A program made the position numbers and the translations under genes. From contig OZ024743.1 in assembly GCA_964016885.1 (NCBI GenBank), positions 243,536,001 through 243,600,000 on the forward strand: DNA of 64,000 bases, in the 5' to 3' direction. Positions within the stretch are counted from its first letter, which is position 1, and each line of letters starts with the position of its first letter. The stretch comes from Eledone cirrhosa (Eukaryota). Below, in pieces: positions 10,927 to 23,340 of the stretch. The notes under the pieces were generated by a model. It saw only the letters and a list, made by a program, of their open reading frames with translations. It searched no databases and was not told the DNA's origin.

Positions 10927-11769
10927 TAGGGTGCGGACGATATTTGTTCGCAATTTTCAACTGCTAATTTTATGCAAATTTTTTTCACTTCCATTGTCAC
11001 TCTTGTCTTCATAAAAATAGTGACTATATTTCCATTATTTATTTTCAGAATAATTGATTATGAATAATTTTGAACCTCCAAATTTGGAATCCCTGCCGGG
11101 AGGACAAATAAGACCAGAAGATCAACTCCCAGAACAACAGGTGGCTCACTGTCTCATCCAAAGATCTGCCCAGAGTCATGCAGACAAAGTTTCCAGCGAC
11201 AACATTGGTCTTAGGTGTCGTCATGCCACCTCACTTCTTCCTTGAGGGCCTCAAGCTGAACACCGATGGCTACATCCGTGTTCTGAGCGAGGTAGTAAAG
11301 CCCTGGATCGACCAGGGAGCTGCAGGTAGGCCATACGTGTGGCAGCAAGACTCAGCGCCCTGCCATACCAGCCGAAAGACCCAAGCCTGGCTGTCAGAGA
11401 ACTTTGTCGACCACACTTCACCTGACATCTGGCCTCCCAGCTCACCTGACTGCAACCCCCTCAACTTCTTTGTGTGGGCGCAGTGGAACGAGACACCAAC
11501 AGATCTAGCTGCAATACGAAAGATGATCTGAAGGCCAGGATCACAAGTGCCTTTAGGGGCCTAAGTCGGGGGACAGTGTTATGAAGTCCTGCAGCCGGTT
11601 CTGAGGCCACCTTGATGTCGTCATCAAAACCAATGGTGGGTTTATCGAGTGAGATCGAAAGAACAAGTCATGAAGACAAACTGAAGTTTGATAAATAAAT
11701 CTTAAAAAATAAAACTAGTGTTATTTTTCCTAGACAGTAATCTTGCGAACAAATATCGTCTGCACCCTG
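10927..11769 (+). mobile_element. Tc1/mariner DD37D (maT) element, internally deleted
   Basis: ~26-bp TIRs (C/T)AGGGTGCGGACGATATTTGTTCGCAA, TA flanks; WQQDSAPCH..WPPSSPDCNPL(N)F with 37-residue spacing. Confidence 0.9.
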
Positions 11770-11889
11770 TATATAATATATATGTATAAACCTTATGAAT
11801 TATTAAAGTGCTAGGTGATTTGAAATTTGAAAATGTGAGAACCCCAAATAACTATATAGTTAGGGTCTCACATTTTCAATATATATGTA

Positions 11890-12640
11890 GGAACGAAGCA
11901 TGCATGCTCCGTTGGATGTGTAATAGTAATATACGTGAACGGCAAAGCATAAATGAACTAAGTGAGAAATTAGGAATAAGAGGGATCAGATGCTGTTTAC
12001 TCGAGAGAAGACTACGTTGGTATGGCCACGTGATATGCATGAAAGATGACAGCTGTATAAAAAAGTGCAGGACGATCAAAATTGATGGTAGTTACAGAGT
12101 AGGTAGACCCAGAAAAACCTGGGACGATCTGATAAATTCCAACCTTACACAGTTACACCTCTCTAAGACAATGTCTCTGGACCGAGATCTTTGGCGCTAC
12201 GCAGTTAACAGAAGACCCGCCTTGCCTATGTACAAAACGAAACCTAGTCAGTAGGCACCTCTTAACCAAATATACACCCCAATCCACTACCCCTACCCTA
12301 TCCTCCCACTCCCATCAACACCACCGCCTCTCTATAAAGTTGGTACCACAACATCCAGTCCAAATAAATGAGATGATCGAGATCGTGTAGGTGTCACGAG
12401 AAAAAAAACACAGTCCACGCTGCAATGTGGCCGTGTAGGTAACACGGTAAAAAGTTCCCAGTTCCACACTGTAAATGTGGTTGGTGTTAGGAAGGGCATC
12501 CAGCCATAGAAAACCTGCCAGATAGTCCTATATGAGCGAGACACAGTCACCCGACCAACCTTGCCTCAAGTGGGACAACTCCCGTCTAACCCATGTTAAC
12601 GTGGAAAGTGGACGTTAAATGAGGATGATGATGATGATGA
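11890..12640 (+). mobile_element. RTE LINE 3' fragment, same family as 8022-8730
   Basis: MLRWMCNSNIRERQSINEL..RRLRWYGHV..GRPRKTW; (GAT)n tail. Confidence 0.88.
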
Positions 12641-13556
12641 TATATACACACATTTAAATACTGTTCTTGACTAAGTAGTATATCTTACATAAGCCGTGTT
12701 TCTTTCTAGTCCAACACTGTAGTGATAAAGTATTTATTACAGCAGTAATAATTCATTAGCTAGATGAAACTGTCTCAATGCACATTTGTCACATGATATC
12801 ACTAGTTGCCATGACTAAACAGGAACAGAATACATGTGTTGTTGTTATATAACTAATGTCTAATATTCAATATGTTTTAGTATCACTATCAGTCCACCTC
12901 TTCAATTTGGCACTAAGTATATTTAGGGATATTTGTAAATTGATATGTTCTAGTTTAACAAAAGTAAATTACATCCAGGTAGTTGAGTCAATGAAACAGC
13001 CTCTACTTGCTCACACAACCTGCTAAAATTAACAGCTAAATTTCCTTTTACTATCTTTAAAGATGGAAAGATATATTGAATGATGTTGTTCTAGATGTAC
13101 TTTGACTGGAAATAATATAGGAAGGTCATAGCTGGAATACCTTTGATTATATTATAGATCTTCTCAATTATGTCTACTCAGGGTCTAATCGATAACATCT
13201 AGATGGTACAACTGTTGTGTATTTATAAACTGTGGTTATTACTTTTGTATGTTACTACAATTTGTCTTTAGTTAATGATTGTATTCTATATATATAATTG
13301 GTTGTATTTACGAAGCTGTTACAATGTAGTTATGGCTGTAAATATTAAGGCAACAAACTTAGGTGAAGAAACAGAAAGGAGAGGTTGAATGGAGAAGAAA
13401 AAGGAAAAAAGCAGAGATAGTGTTACCTTGGAAATATTTATTGGTTCTTATGTTTTGGATGTTCCATCCATTGTCAAATTCATAGGATGTTGAAAAGGGC
13501 CTTTCTGTGCAGCTTGTGATGGAGTTATTACTACAACACTCTCATATATATATATA

Positions 13557-14335
13557 CTAGCTGAGGTACCCGGCTTCGCCCGGGATAACAGCTAAGAGAA
13601 AACAACTGTATTGGATGTGTTATCTGGTATGAAGTGAGAGCGTAATGTTTGTGTGTGAGAGAGCGACATAAACAAAACAATCATAAAACTTCCTTATTAG
13701 GCTGGGGGAGTAAACTGCCGATTAAATGGTAGCATTGGCCTCAGACCTATGATCAAAGGCATGCCAGCAATCATGATTTACTAGCCAAGTTACTCGGCTT
13801 CGTCTGGGACAACAGCTAAGAGAAGACAGATAAAAGAGAAAACGACTGTATTGGATGTGTTGTCTGGTATGAGGTGAGACCGTAATGTGTGTGTGAGAGA
13901 GAGAAAAAAAAAACAAAAAACAATCATAAAACTTCTTTATTAGGCTGGGGGAGTAAACTGCCGATTAAATGGTAGCATTGGCCTTGGATTTTAAATGTTG
14001 TGAAATAACCATAGTCAATATGATCTTTTTCTGCTCCAAAGGAACTCATCTGAAACACAGCAATATACCGCATAACATTGCTTCTCATGTGTTGCTTTGT
14101 TAGTATGGACTGTAAGTAGTATATGGATAAAAGCTGGAGGGTAGATTAATTTCAAATAGTATCAGTTTTTCTTTGATCTATAAAATCAAAGACTGTAAAA
14201 CGACTTTATAAAAGCTAACACAATATTGTTAAACCTGATTCTTTTGTAGGACATCACTTTCTCTCTCTGAATATCTATCACTTTAATTGTATCTCTCTCT
14301 TTCTGCCTCTCGCTCTGTGTCTCTCTCTTTTTAGA
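13557..14335 (-). mobile_element. Non-autonomous Helitron with two tandem 3' ends
   Basis: Minus-strand CCCGGGCGAAGCCGGG hairpin plus CTAG|T at 13557; second hairpin plus CTAG at 13781; candidate A|TCTA 5' end at 14335. Confidence 0.65.
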
Positions 14336-14851
14336 TGTGTGTGTATGTATTTGTGTGTGTAGCTTTTGTGTGATTCAACCAACCAATAAACATCTTTCTT
14401 TTATCTATTATATATATATAATATAATATATATATAAAACTGTGGTTGTCTGTCTGTCTATCGATTTTTGGCACACATCTCCTCTTAGAATCTCTCACGG
14501 AATTGCACCGAAATTGCTATACTTGTACATTGAGCCCTAGCGAAGACATCGGAAAAAAAATAATTTCAAATTGACCCACCCTATGTGACGAAATCGAATA
14601 TAATGTATCGATTTTTGAGCGTAAGTTATCAGTTATTTCCCTTTGTTCTGTTTACATTGAGCGTCTTACGTAAAAAATTACAATACACGAACAGTTGTCG
14701 AGCCAGCAAAATATTGACCTGCAAAATTCATCAGTTCGAACACTAAGCTTCCGTTTTTCTTCATTTCCATTTAAAAGCATTTTAAAACAATATTTTTACT
14801 TGAAAACAAGTCTATTTAAAGACTACGTAAAACAAGCAAATATTTCGTCGT

Positions 14852-14980
14852 TAGGCGTGCAGACAGACAGTCGTGCAGAGAGGTGATATAGGCGTGCAGA
14901 CAGACAGTCGTGCAGAGAGGTGATATAGGCGTGCAGACAGACAGTCGTGCAGAGAGGTGATATAGGCGTGCAGACAGACA
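14852..14980. repeat. 37-bp minisatellite, ~3.5 perfect copies
   Basis: TAGGCGTGCAGACAGACAGTCGTGCAGAGAGGTGATA repeated. Confidence 0.92.
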
Positions 14981-15098
14981 TAACTGATAATTTGGTTACA
15001 CTAATGTTTTTCTCTGCGTTGCAGTGTTTACATTTTCGATCTTTGTTAATAAATAACCAGTGCAGTTTCTATCCCCAGCATCCTCTTTTGTTATAACA

Positions 15099-15873
15099 GA
15101 CCTTTGTTAGCCGCTCTCCAGCCATCTATTTAAAACTGTATACAGCTATGGTGCGACCACACTTGGAATTCGCATCATCAGTCTGGAACCCCTATCTTGC
15201 TCGGAACATTGACCTCCTGGAAACTGTTCAGAGACGTGCAACCAAGCGCATACCCTCCATCAGACACCTACCATACTCTGAACGCCTTGCTTCCCTGGGC
15301 ATGGATTCATTGAAGCTCCGACGTCTGGCAATGGACTTGGTAAACACCTACAAAGTTATTAATCATCTCGCCAACTGCAACCCTGAGCGCCTCTTTGATC
15401 TCCATGTGTCTAACACACGTGGACATGCCTACAAGATAAGAAAACAGCACAGCTCCCATGACTTTCGCAGACATTTTTTCACGCTCAGAGTTGCTGAAGC
15501 ATGGAACAAACTGCCTGCGTCAATTGTTAGCTGCCGAGACACTGCATCCTTTAAGACACTCATGCTTCCCGAAATACGCCAAAACTACACCTGATGTGCC
15601 CCTTCCATACACATGCACACATGTGTGCACTGTTCATTTTACTGATGTTTGTGCATTGCCCTATGTACTGTACATGCACTTTTTTGATGGGTTGTGGTGC
15701 ACCTGGGCACTGTGCACAATATTTCATTATTGTTATTGTTATTATATCATGACTCATACACTGTTTATTTTCCTGACATTTGTACATTATTCTATGTACT
15801 ATACATGTACCTTTGATGAGTTGTAGTGCACCTGAGCACTGTACACAATAATTTCATTATTATTATTATTATT
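15099..15873 (+). mobile_element. CR1/L2-group LINE 3' fragment with duplicated 3'UTR end
   Basis: MVRPHLEFASSVWNPY..VQRRATK..TRGH..WNKLP; 3'UTR tail present twice; (ATT)n end. Confidence 0.9.
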
Positions 15874-16504
15874 CGGGTTATCGTTATGTTTTCTTAACTT
15901 CATAAGGCATATTGTTGGTTGAGGGAATATTAATCAAAAACACCACATGCAAGTCTGCACAGTAGACACTACAGTTTTTAAGCCAAGAAAGAAACTTAAC
16001 ATTGTAACTTTAACACAGCTACTGAGCGACCCCGAACAACGCCGGGCTTTACTGCTAGTATTATATATAGATATACAAAAAAAATAATAATAACAACCAG
16101 TCAACCCGGTTGGTGGTAGTGCTTGTACCATGATGAAAAAGCAGCCAGTCCACCCTGTTAGATGGTAATTCTGATGCCACAATAAAAAGCACTCAGTCCA
16201 CACTGTAATATGGTTGGCATTAGGAAGGACATCAAACCAAAACACAGATCTGTATGAGTACGATAGTCACCTGACCTGACTAGTCTCATAACATGACAAC
16301 CTGTCCAACCCATGCAAACGTGGAAAATAGACGTTAAACAGTGATTGGACCACCCATGTGAACTCGCATATCTGAAGAAGTGTTGATTAAGAGTTGGGAT
16401 CCAATTGCCTCATCAAACCCAAGCTGATTGATATCGAAACAATTGTAGTATGCAATAAAGTTTCATAACAAGCTGAAAATCTGACTTCTTATTCTCTCTC
16501 TCTC

Positions 16505-16551
<47 letters not shown>

Positions 16552-17399
16552 ACACATTCTTGTTGGAACACCTGTCAGAAATTTTCTGTAAATTCTAGTA
16601 ATACTATTTTCAATCTTTCAATTTTTTTCTAGTTTCACTAACATCATTCTCAGATTCCAAATCTTCATGTTTGATGGATTTGAGAAATAATGGTAAGTAT
16701 TGATAAAGACATGAAATATGTGTGTGTGTGTTCTCTTAAATTGTAAAGAAAAGGAAATTGTCATCCCTTGAGTAAACCTTCATCCTTTAAATTGTAAGAA
16801 TGTTTTAAAAATTTTGAAGGTTCTAGATATTGCAGCCATTTGTAGCTTATGTATCATCATCATTGTATATATGTATGTACATACATGCTTTGTGTGTGTG
16901 TTATGTGAGCATGCGTGACAAACAGTAACTGCACAAATCAACCAATTAAAGGTGGTCACATTTTTTTCATTCATTCATTGTTTCTCAGAAGTGTAAAACC
17001 TCAGGTTAATGTTTCCTCATGGTCACAGTGGGCAGGATGGAAAAGGCATTATTCTGGAGGACAGCAAAGGATATGGACTGAAAGAACCATTTCAACTCAT
17101 GAGCCTCATTCTTGCAGGTGGCTAACTCTGTCCCATTCAAAGTAAGTAGGGAGATGGCTTGAGGACCCAGAATGCCAGAAGTTTCCCCCACTATAGGTTT
17201 AATAATAAATGTATGAGAAAACTGCCAGTACTTCAACAACTTGTAATCTTTAGTTCATTAATTAAACTTGTGTCTTCTGAATTTATCAAGTTGCTGTCTT
17301 TTTTTTTATCTTTCAGCAATTAATAAAATAAAGTGCCAGAAAAAAATCTGTTAGTTGATTTAAGTGACTCTTCCTTTTCCTCAAATCTATATGCCTTAT

Positions 17400-17613
17400 A
17401 TAATAATAATGAAAATTATTGTGTACATTGCTCAGGTACACTACAATTCATCAAAGGTGCATGTATAATACATAGAATAATGTACAAGTGTCAGGAAAGT
17501 GAACAGTGTATGAGTCATGATATACACACAGATACATGCGTGCATGTGTATGGAGGGGGAATATCAGGTGCAGTATTGGCGAATTTCAGGAAGCATGGAA
17601 GTTTTGAAGGATG
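17400..17613 (-). mobile_element. CR1-type 3'UTR fragment; another at 62695-62860 (-)
   Basis: Similar to 85-290. Confidence 0.8.
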
Positions 17614-18576
17614 AGGTCTCAGAGGGCCTGCAAAGGCCACATACATAGACCTTAGCTACTAACCAAATCAATAATTAATTTTTATGAGCACTCAGTTATG
17701 GCTAGTGCCATGATAAAATGAACTTGGTAGATCATGTGACCATATGTAAGCAGGATGCAGACCCACTGCCTGTCTGGGAGGTTAGTAACCCTGCTTCAGT
17801 ATTGACTTGGTCTGTGAAGACTCATCCATCCCTTGCTGCTAGGGAAATCGGACATTAAATGATGATGATGATGATGATGATTGACAAATTGAAAAGTTGT
17901 CCATTAAGACATAGTACGGGGTGACTTGTGCATGACAAACATCAGTAGTGGAGGATTTAATTACATTTAATCAATGATTTATAAAATTTTGGATGAAAGT
18001 GCTGATTACCATACTTTACCATTTTCCTACAGATTGGGTGGTGATATTTAATAACACTTTTGATTAGGGCTAACCTGGGGTTTAAAAACTTAGTGTACAT
18101 ATTGTCAGCACAGCAAGACATCTTTCACAGTTCATAGACAAACCATTGAAATAACCTCTATTTGATCTCTTGACCTGTTAGAAATAGCAAATAAATCTCC
18201 CTCAAATCATACCAAACTGTTTTAAAAAGAAAAGGATGTATTGAATAGTGGACGTAAAATGATGATATTAGAATATAAAATATAATGGAACTTTATAAAC
18301 ACATAAAATGGAAACTAGCAATAGAAAAGTATTTGAATGTTAAGGTTTTTACTGAAGACTGTAATTACTATATAAAGAAGGATAGTGACCCTTGATCTTG
18401 CAGACAACGGCAGTGACTCTTGACCTTGCCAAGTCATCATCATTGCTTGCTTGATGCTCAGCTAGAACAACTGCAGGACAATGTCTGTTGCAAATATGCA
18501 GCTACACAGGGAAGCAGGCATCTGGTTTGAATGCTTACAATAAAAGCATCCAATGACCAGATAATTGTTGTGGTGT

Positions 18577-18990
18577 CAGGACCGGTGCCTGGATATTTAG
18601 CTCCTTAGGCTAACCTTACAATGTATGCCATCCTCTCCCACTTATGCATCCCATTCTACCAAATAAAATAATTTCAATTTTCAGTTTGGTAAGCTGAGGC
18701 ATCTAGACATATCTTACTCTAACCACACCAAGAAAATTACTAAGGCTGCATTTTCCATTACACAGTCCACACTCACCAATGACAAATCATACAACCCTCT
18801 CCACCACTTTGGATATTTCTACAATGCTGCTACAAGACAAAGATATTTAGTGACTTATTTATTGATTGCAAGATATTATTATATATTTAATTTAATAATA
18901 CAAATTTGTATAAAACTGATCCTTTAAGGTTCAGTCATGTGCTTCTAGGTAGCTGTTTAGTTGGCCAAATGGTAGCACCAGTCATGAATG
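18577..18990. mobile_element. hAT-like MITE family; related pieces ~1648-1770, 22652-22937, 54047-54150
   Basis: Degenerate CAGG(A/C)CCGG(T/C)GC termini and shared internal sequence among copies. Confidence 0.5.
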
Positions 18991-19937
18991 GTGGTGTTAT
19001 TTAACTTAGACACTGCAGTATTAAAATGCCAACTGCTCACTAAAGATTGTCCCAGTATTTTCTCCAGCTTACATCTTTTTCCTCCATGGTTGACATTTAG
19101 CCTTAATCTGTAAATATATATCAATAATAGATTAAAAGTGTGCTGTTAATAAGACTTAATGAATATTTTGGCCCATTGCCAAAAAGAAGGGAAAATGTAA
19201 CATAGATAAACTATAAATTACAAACAAAATATATAAACTACCAGCTATCTCTCACACACAACAATAACATTTTTATTTTTTTAATGGATAGATAGAGAAG
19301 AAAATAAGCATCGATTACATTAGTTTTCCTACAATTTCTTGAATGAATGAGCTGCGATATGTCTGTGTGGTTAAGAAGTTCACAACTACGTTCTTTGATA
19401 TGTCGATCCCAATGTGTCGCATCTACAGCAATTATTTTCTACCATAGCTTTATGAGTGAAATTTAGTAGATAGAATTTGTGTGGAAACTTGTTAGAAGAG
19501 CCATTCCTGTTCTTTAGTGAAAAATTCCATCCAATGACCACCACGTTGTCTTTAGTGGAATCCAGTCTGTTGTAAACATTGAGAACATGCCTCTGGTACG
19601 AGGACAACTTCCTTCCATCTTTCAGTCTCAAAAGCCTTGGAAAAAGTTATAGGTGTGTCAGTCCTTCTCTGACTAAGCAATTAAATGTGTGTGTACAAAG
19701 ATTAAGCGGCTAAGCTGAAACTTCGAAGTCACAACCACTTTTCTACTTAGAAAATAAAATTTACACTTTACCTAGGGCTCAATCAATTAATGTTTGAATA
19801 CTTCAAATACTATATTTTAAACACATTCTAACACACACAGAGAAAGATATTCAAATTACCACTGGTTCTATGATACAAAACTTTATTTTAAAATGCTTAT
19901 ATTTATCTAAAAACACTCCTTCGTAATTTCATGTTAA

Positions 19938-20200
19938 GTAAACACAATTTTATTAAGGCATAACCGTCAACATAATATTACAAATAAAAAGAGAAAAAAA
20001 GATAAAAACACACACACAAGTAGGTAATTATACGCATCTAGGACCACAAACAACAAACGAGCCGCTGCCAGAGCAAAAGACAACAATATCGCGAGGAGCA
20101 CTGGGAAACCTCTCTAACAATTATTGAGGCAAGCCAGAACGCTCGCGGCGTTACTTCGGGTGATGGCGAGGCTGATGCGCTGGAACAGCCAAGTGCCCTA
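19938..20200 (-). mobile_element. 3' end of a CRE-like non-LTR retrotransposon inserted in a MITE
   Basis: Minus strand reads WLFQRISLAITRSNAASVLACLNNC*, the QRxSxAxxRxNA C-terminal motif, then a 3'UTR with AATAAA; ATGTT on both flanks. Confidence 0.72.
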
Positions 20201-20424
20201 TGTTCCAAACACCAGATTTATTAATAGGGAAAAAGTTAATTATATTACTAAATCCTGCTAAATTCTTGATTACTTTTTAAATTATTTGAAAACCATAGGC
20301 CGTATCTTTTGTTATAAATATGGTAATGAAAGGATTGAACAGTCACTACAGGGGGGAGTGGAGTATTCAAGCCAAACGGTGCTTGTATTACCTACTTAAA
20401 AATAAGGATATGGGCTGTCGACTT

Positions 20425-20632
20425 CTTGCTCAGTTGTCCACACTCTATTACACGAGAGACATCAATGTGGTATTCACCTTGCTAGAGATAATAACCAGAT
20501 CACACACATAAAATTTAAAAAAAATGAACATTAGATAATGTAGTTCTATCCCTAAACAGACAGAATAATCAAGGACGAATGCCTTTCATCAGATATATGC
20601 TAAATCAGGGTTGACCAGAGGCTAAACCACAA
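20425..20632 (+). mobile_element. Abundant SINE-like repeat with (AAC)n-type tail; ~20 diverged copies or fragments (e.g. 12985-13190, 26500-26900, 28770-28915, 40035-40220, 52470-52680, 59570-59765, 63490-63810)
   Basis: Shared motifs GCTAGAAATAGCAGCCAAATCTCCCTCAAATCACACC and GGAATGCCTTTGATCATAGGTC..GCTAAACAAC. Confidence 0.7.
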
Positions 20633-20839
20633 CATCGTATGTAATTGTCTGCTCTATGAAATAAAAGGCACAGTTTTTGAAAAAAGTTCTTAATTTAAAT
20701 GTACCGCTAGCAGTAATTGCAAGTGATCTAAAAAATAATAATTTGGAAATAGTTCTATATATCCCTAAACAGACAAAATAGTCGAGGACGGAATGCCTTT
20801 CATCAGACTTTTTATTCACAGTTGTATAAAGATATAATA

Positions 20840-21020
20840 ATTGTTTCTACTTTTGGCACAAGGCCAGCAATTACCCAGTGCATTACTGTTACTTTATTTT
20901 ATCGACCCCGTAAGGATGAAAGGCAAAGTTAACCTCGGCGGGATTTGAACTCAGAATGGCAAGGGCCGTAACTCTATGCGTCAAAGCATGGCGTCCGACC
21001 CTCTACCGATACTGCCAATC
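20840..21020 (-). mobile_element. tRNA-derived SINE with Nin/Deu-like central domain; copies at 29550-29730, 32988-33170, 33181-33275, 48598-48702, 54765-54920, 55520-55715, 63095-63280
   Basis: A box TGGCAGTATCGG, B box GAGTTCAAATCC, GCCTTTCATCCTTACGGGGTCGATAAAATAAAGTACCAG domain; TSD ATAAAGATATATAAT. Confidence 0.85.
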
Positions 21021-23039
21021 CAATAAAGATATAATAATTTTCTACTTTTGGCACAAGGCCACCATTATCCAGTGCATTACTGGTACAAGGCTTACAGAAT
21101 GAAAATATAAACGCATACAATATAAACGCATAAAAGAGAGATAAAAAGAAACATAAAAAAATAAGAAACGGAGGGGGTGGGATTCAGGACCAAGTGTGAC
21201 AATCAGTCGCAATTAACGTTAACCTTTCACCAGATATATCCTACCTAAATGAGGGCTGACCCGAGGCTAAACCGCAACATAAAACCCTCATGTGTGACTG
21301 TCTGTTCTATAAAATAAAAGGCACAGCTTTTGAAAAAAAGTTCTCAATTTAAATGTATCGCTAGCAGTATTTGCAAGTAACTCTAAAAAATGGAGATAAT
21401 TTTAAGAAATTGAGTTAAATTCACAAAATTAATACACACATAAACACCGGATATTTAATAAATCTACATTTTGATGCATAAGGGTTCTTTTTCGACTCAT
21501 TGGTCGGAAACAAAAATGAAATATCGTGTTTAGTTTCCCTCGTTTGGGTTTCAAAACGTAAATCAAATACAATTTATAAAAATACATTTTTGTTAAAAAG
21601 TAACTTAATCAATACCAATTACTACAATGTGAACTTTTCTAATCATATGATAAAAAGTAATATTAATACCAAATAAAATAAATTTTGTTCAGAAGTAATT
21701 TAATCAACAAGTATAACTTCTAAAAACGCATTAATCTTAATCCGATGTTTATAACAAAGGTGAAAATAATAAATTTTATAGAGAAATATATTAAAATAAG
21801 TAACACCTGTCTTATACAATATGCTGTAACATAATAACAATCTCGCTACAATAATACTGATAAATATACCTCGTAACAAATGTCCGTATTAAAATTCTTG
21901 TTAACGTTGTTTTACCTTTTCTCAGACACGTTCGCTATAGTTGGTTGTAGAATAGAAGACTAGCTTAACAGGGCAACAGCTATATATTGTCAACAGTACC
22001 AAGCACTTGCCATAAATGGCAACACAATAGTCAGTTCTACCATTTTCTACTGGAACTAGAAAACAATGTCTGGATTCAACATCAACTCTAATTGCGAACA
22101 CAATAGTTTGGAGTAATTTTAAACAAGTGCCTGCTCTATCAACAATTCCACTTTTCAATGTCACTCTGCCCTGAATACATCATATAGAAGATCTATATAT
22201 AGGAGTTTGTTTAACTGAAGTCATGAGTACTATAATGTTGTTTACAAACTAAACCGATAACTGTCAGTTGGGCATATTTTTTTCTTGTTGAGAGTATTTC
22301 ATTTTCTTTTCTCCTTTCCTGTACTATGCCTCTCCCTACCACTACAACTACAAAACTGTTGCTTTCCTTCTCACCCCTACTACCCAAGTAGATACTCAGT
22401 GAAACGTTACACGATAAACATCAGAAGCTTATAATGTACTGTCAATTTACAAACAAGTTAACCCAGACTGGCACCATTGCGGTCATCACCAGAACCTACG
22501 ATGCAGTATCTGTAAGAAATAGTAGCCAAATCTCCCTTCAATCACACGTTACAGTCTTAAATAAGGATAGGACATATTAGATAATGAAGTCTTATATAGT
22601 AAATAAAAAGAAAGGATGGTCACGTGTTGAAATATCTTTGACCGTAAGGCGGAGTCGGCGCCTGGGTATTTAGTTCCCTAAGCTAGCTTTACAATGTGTA
22701 CCCCCTTTTACTATGTCAAATCATGTTTTAGGTTATACAATACGACTCTCCCCATCGCTTTGGATATCTCTCCAGTTCTGCTAGACAGCAAATAAGTTAA
22801 GTAATTTATTTATCATTCGCAGAAAATTATTATATATCTAATTATACAAATGTGTATAAAACTGTGATCCCTTAAAGTTCAGCAATGCGCCTCTCTGAGG
22901 TCTGTTTAGTTGGCCTTGATGGTAGTGCTTGCGCTGACATTAGGTCTGCTTAATCAAAACTGACCTGGCGCTAAAAACAAACAAAACCATGTGTATTAGA
23001 ACAGACTAGAGACATCACAACTTAGAAAACGGACACGCT

Positions 23040-23340
23040 GCACATTTAGTGTTAGCCTAGGGTACTAAATAGCCAGGTATACATGGTAGAGCTAGCCTAG
23101 AGTACTAAATAGCCAGGTACACATTGTAGACCTAACCTACTAAACAACCGAGGTACACATGGTAGAGCTCGCTTAGGATACTAAATAGCCAGGTACACAT
23201 GATAGGGCTAGCCTAGAGTACTAAATAGCCAGATACACATGGTAGAGCTCGCCTAGGGTATAACCTAGTACTCTAGGTTAGGTCTACAGTGTGTACCTAG
23301 AGTACTAAATACCCAGGTACACATACTAGAGCTAGCTAAG
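23040..23340. repeat. ~40-bp minisatellite with terminal inverted copies
   Basis: GGTAGAGCTAGCCTAGAGTACTAAATAGCCAGGTACACAT about 5.5 copies, then an inverted unit near 23267-23300. Confidence 0.85.

Larger units (their letters stand above)
14404..16058 (+). mobile_element. Non-autonomous Helitron containing a minisatellite and a CR1-type insertion
   Basis: A|TCTATTATATA..TAAAACTG..(GTCT)n 5' end; 3' CCCGAACAACGCCGGG hairpin plus CTAG|T at 16055-16059. Confidence 0.72.

Noticed and set aside
13427-13530. Minus-strand exon candidate (104 nt, AG|gtaac donor)
   Set aside because: Weak acceptor abutting a Helitron end, no recognisable peptide, and no compatible neighbour identified.
14852-14980. 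CRISPR-like array (also 23040-23340, 47302-47735)
   Set aside because: Contiguous tandem units with no unique spacers, no cas genes, eukaryotic context.
20030-20200. Structured ncRNA (SRP/7SK-like) or CpG promoter
   Set aside because: No diagnostic ncRNA motifs; the minus strand encodes a CRE-like retrotransposon C-terminus.
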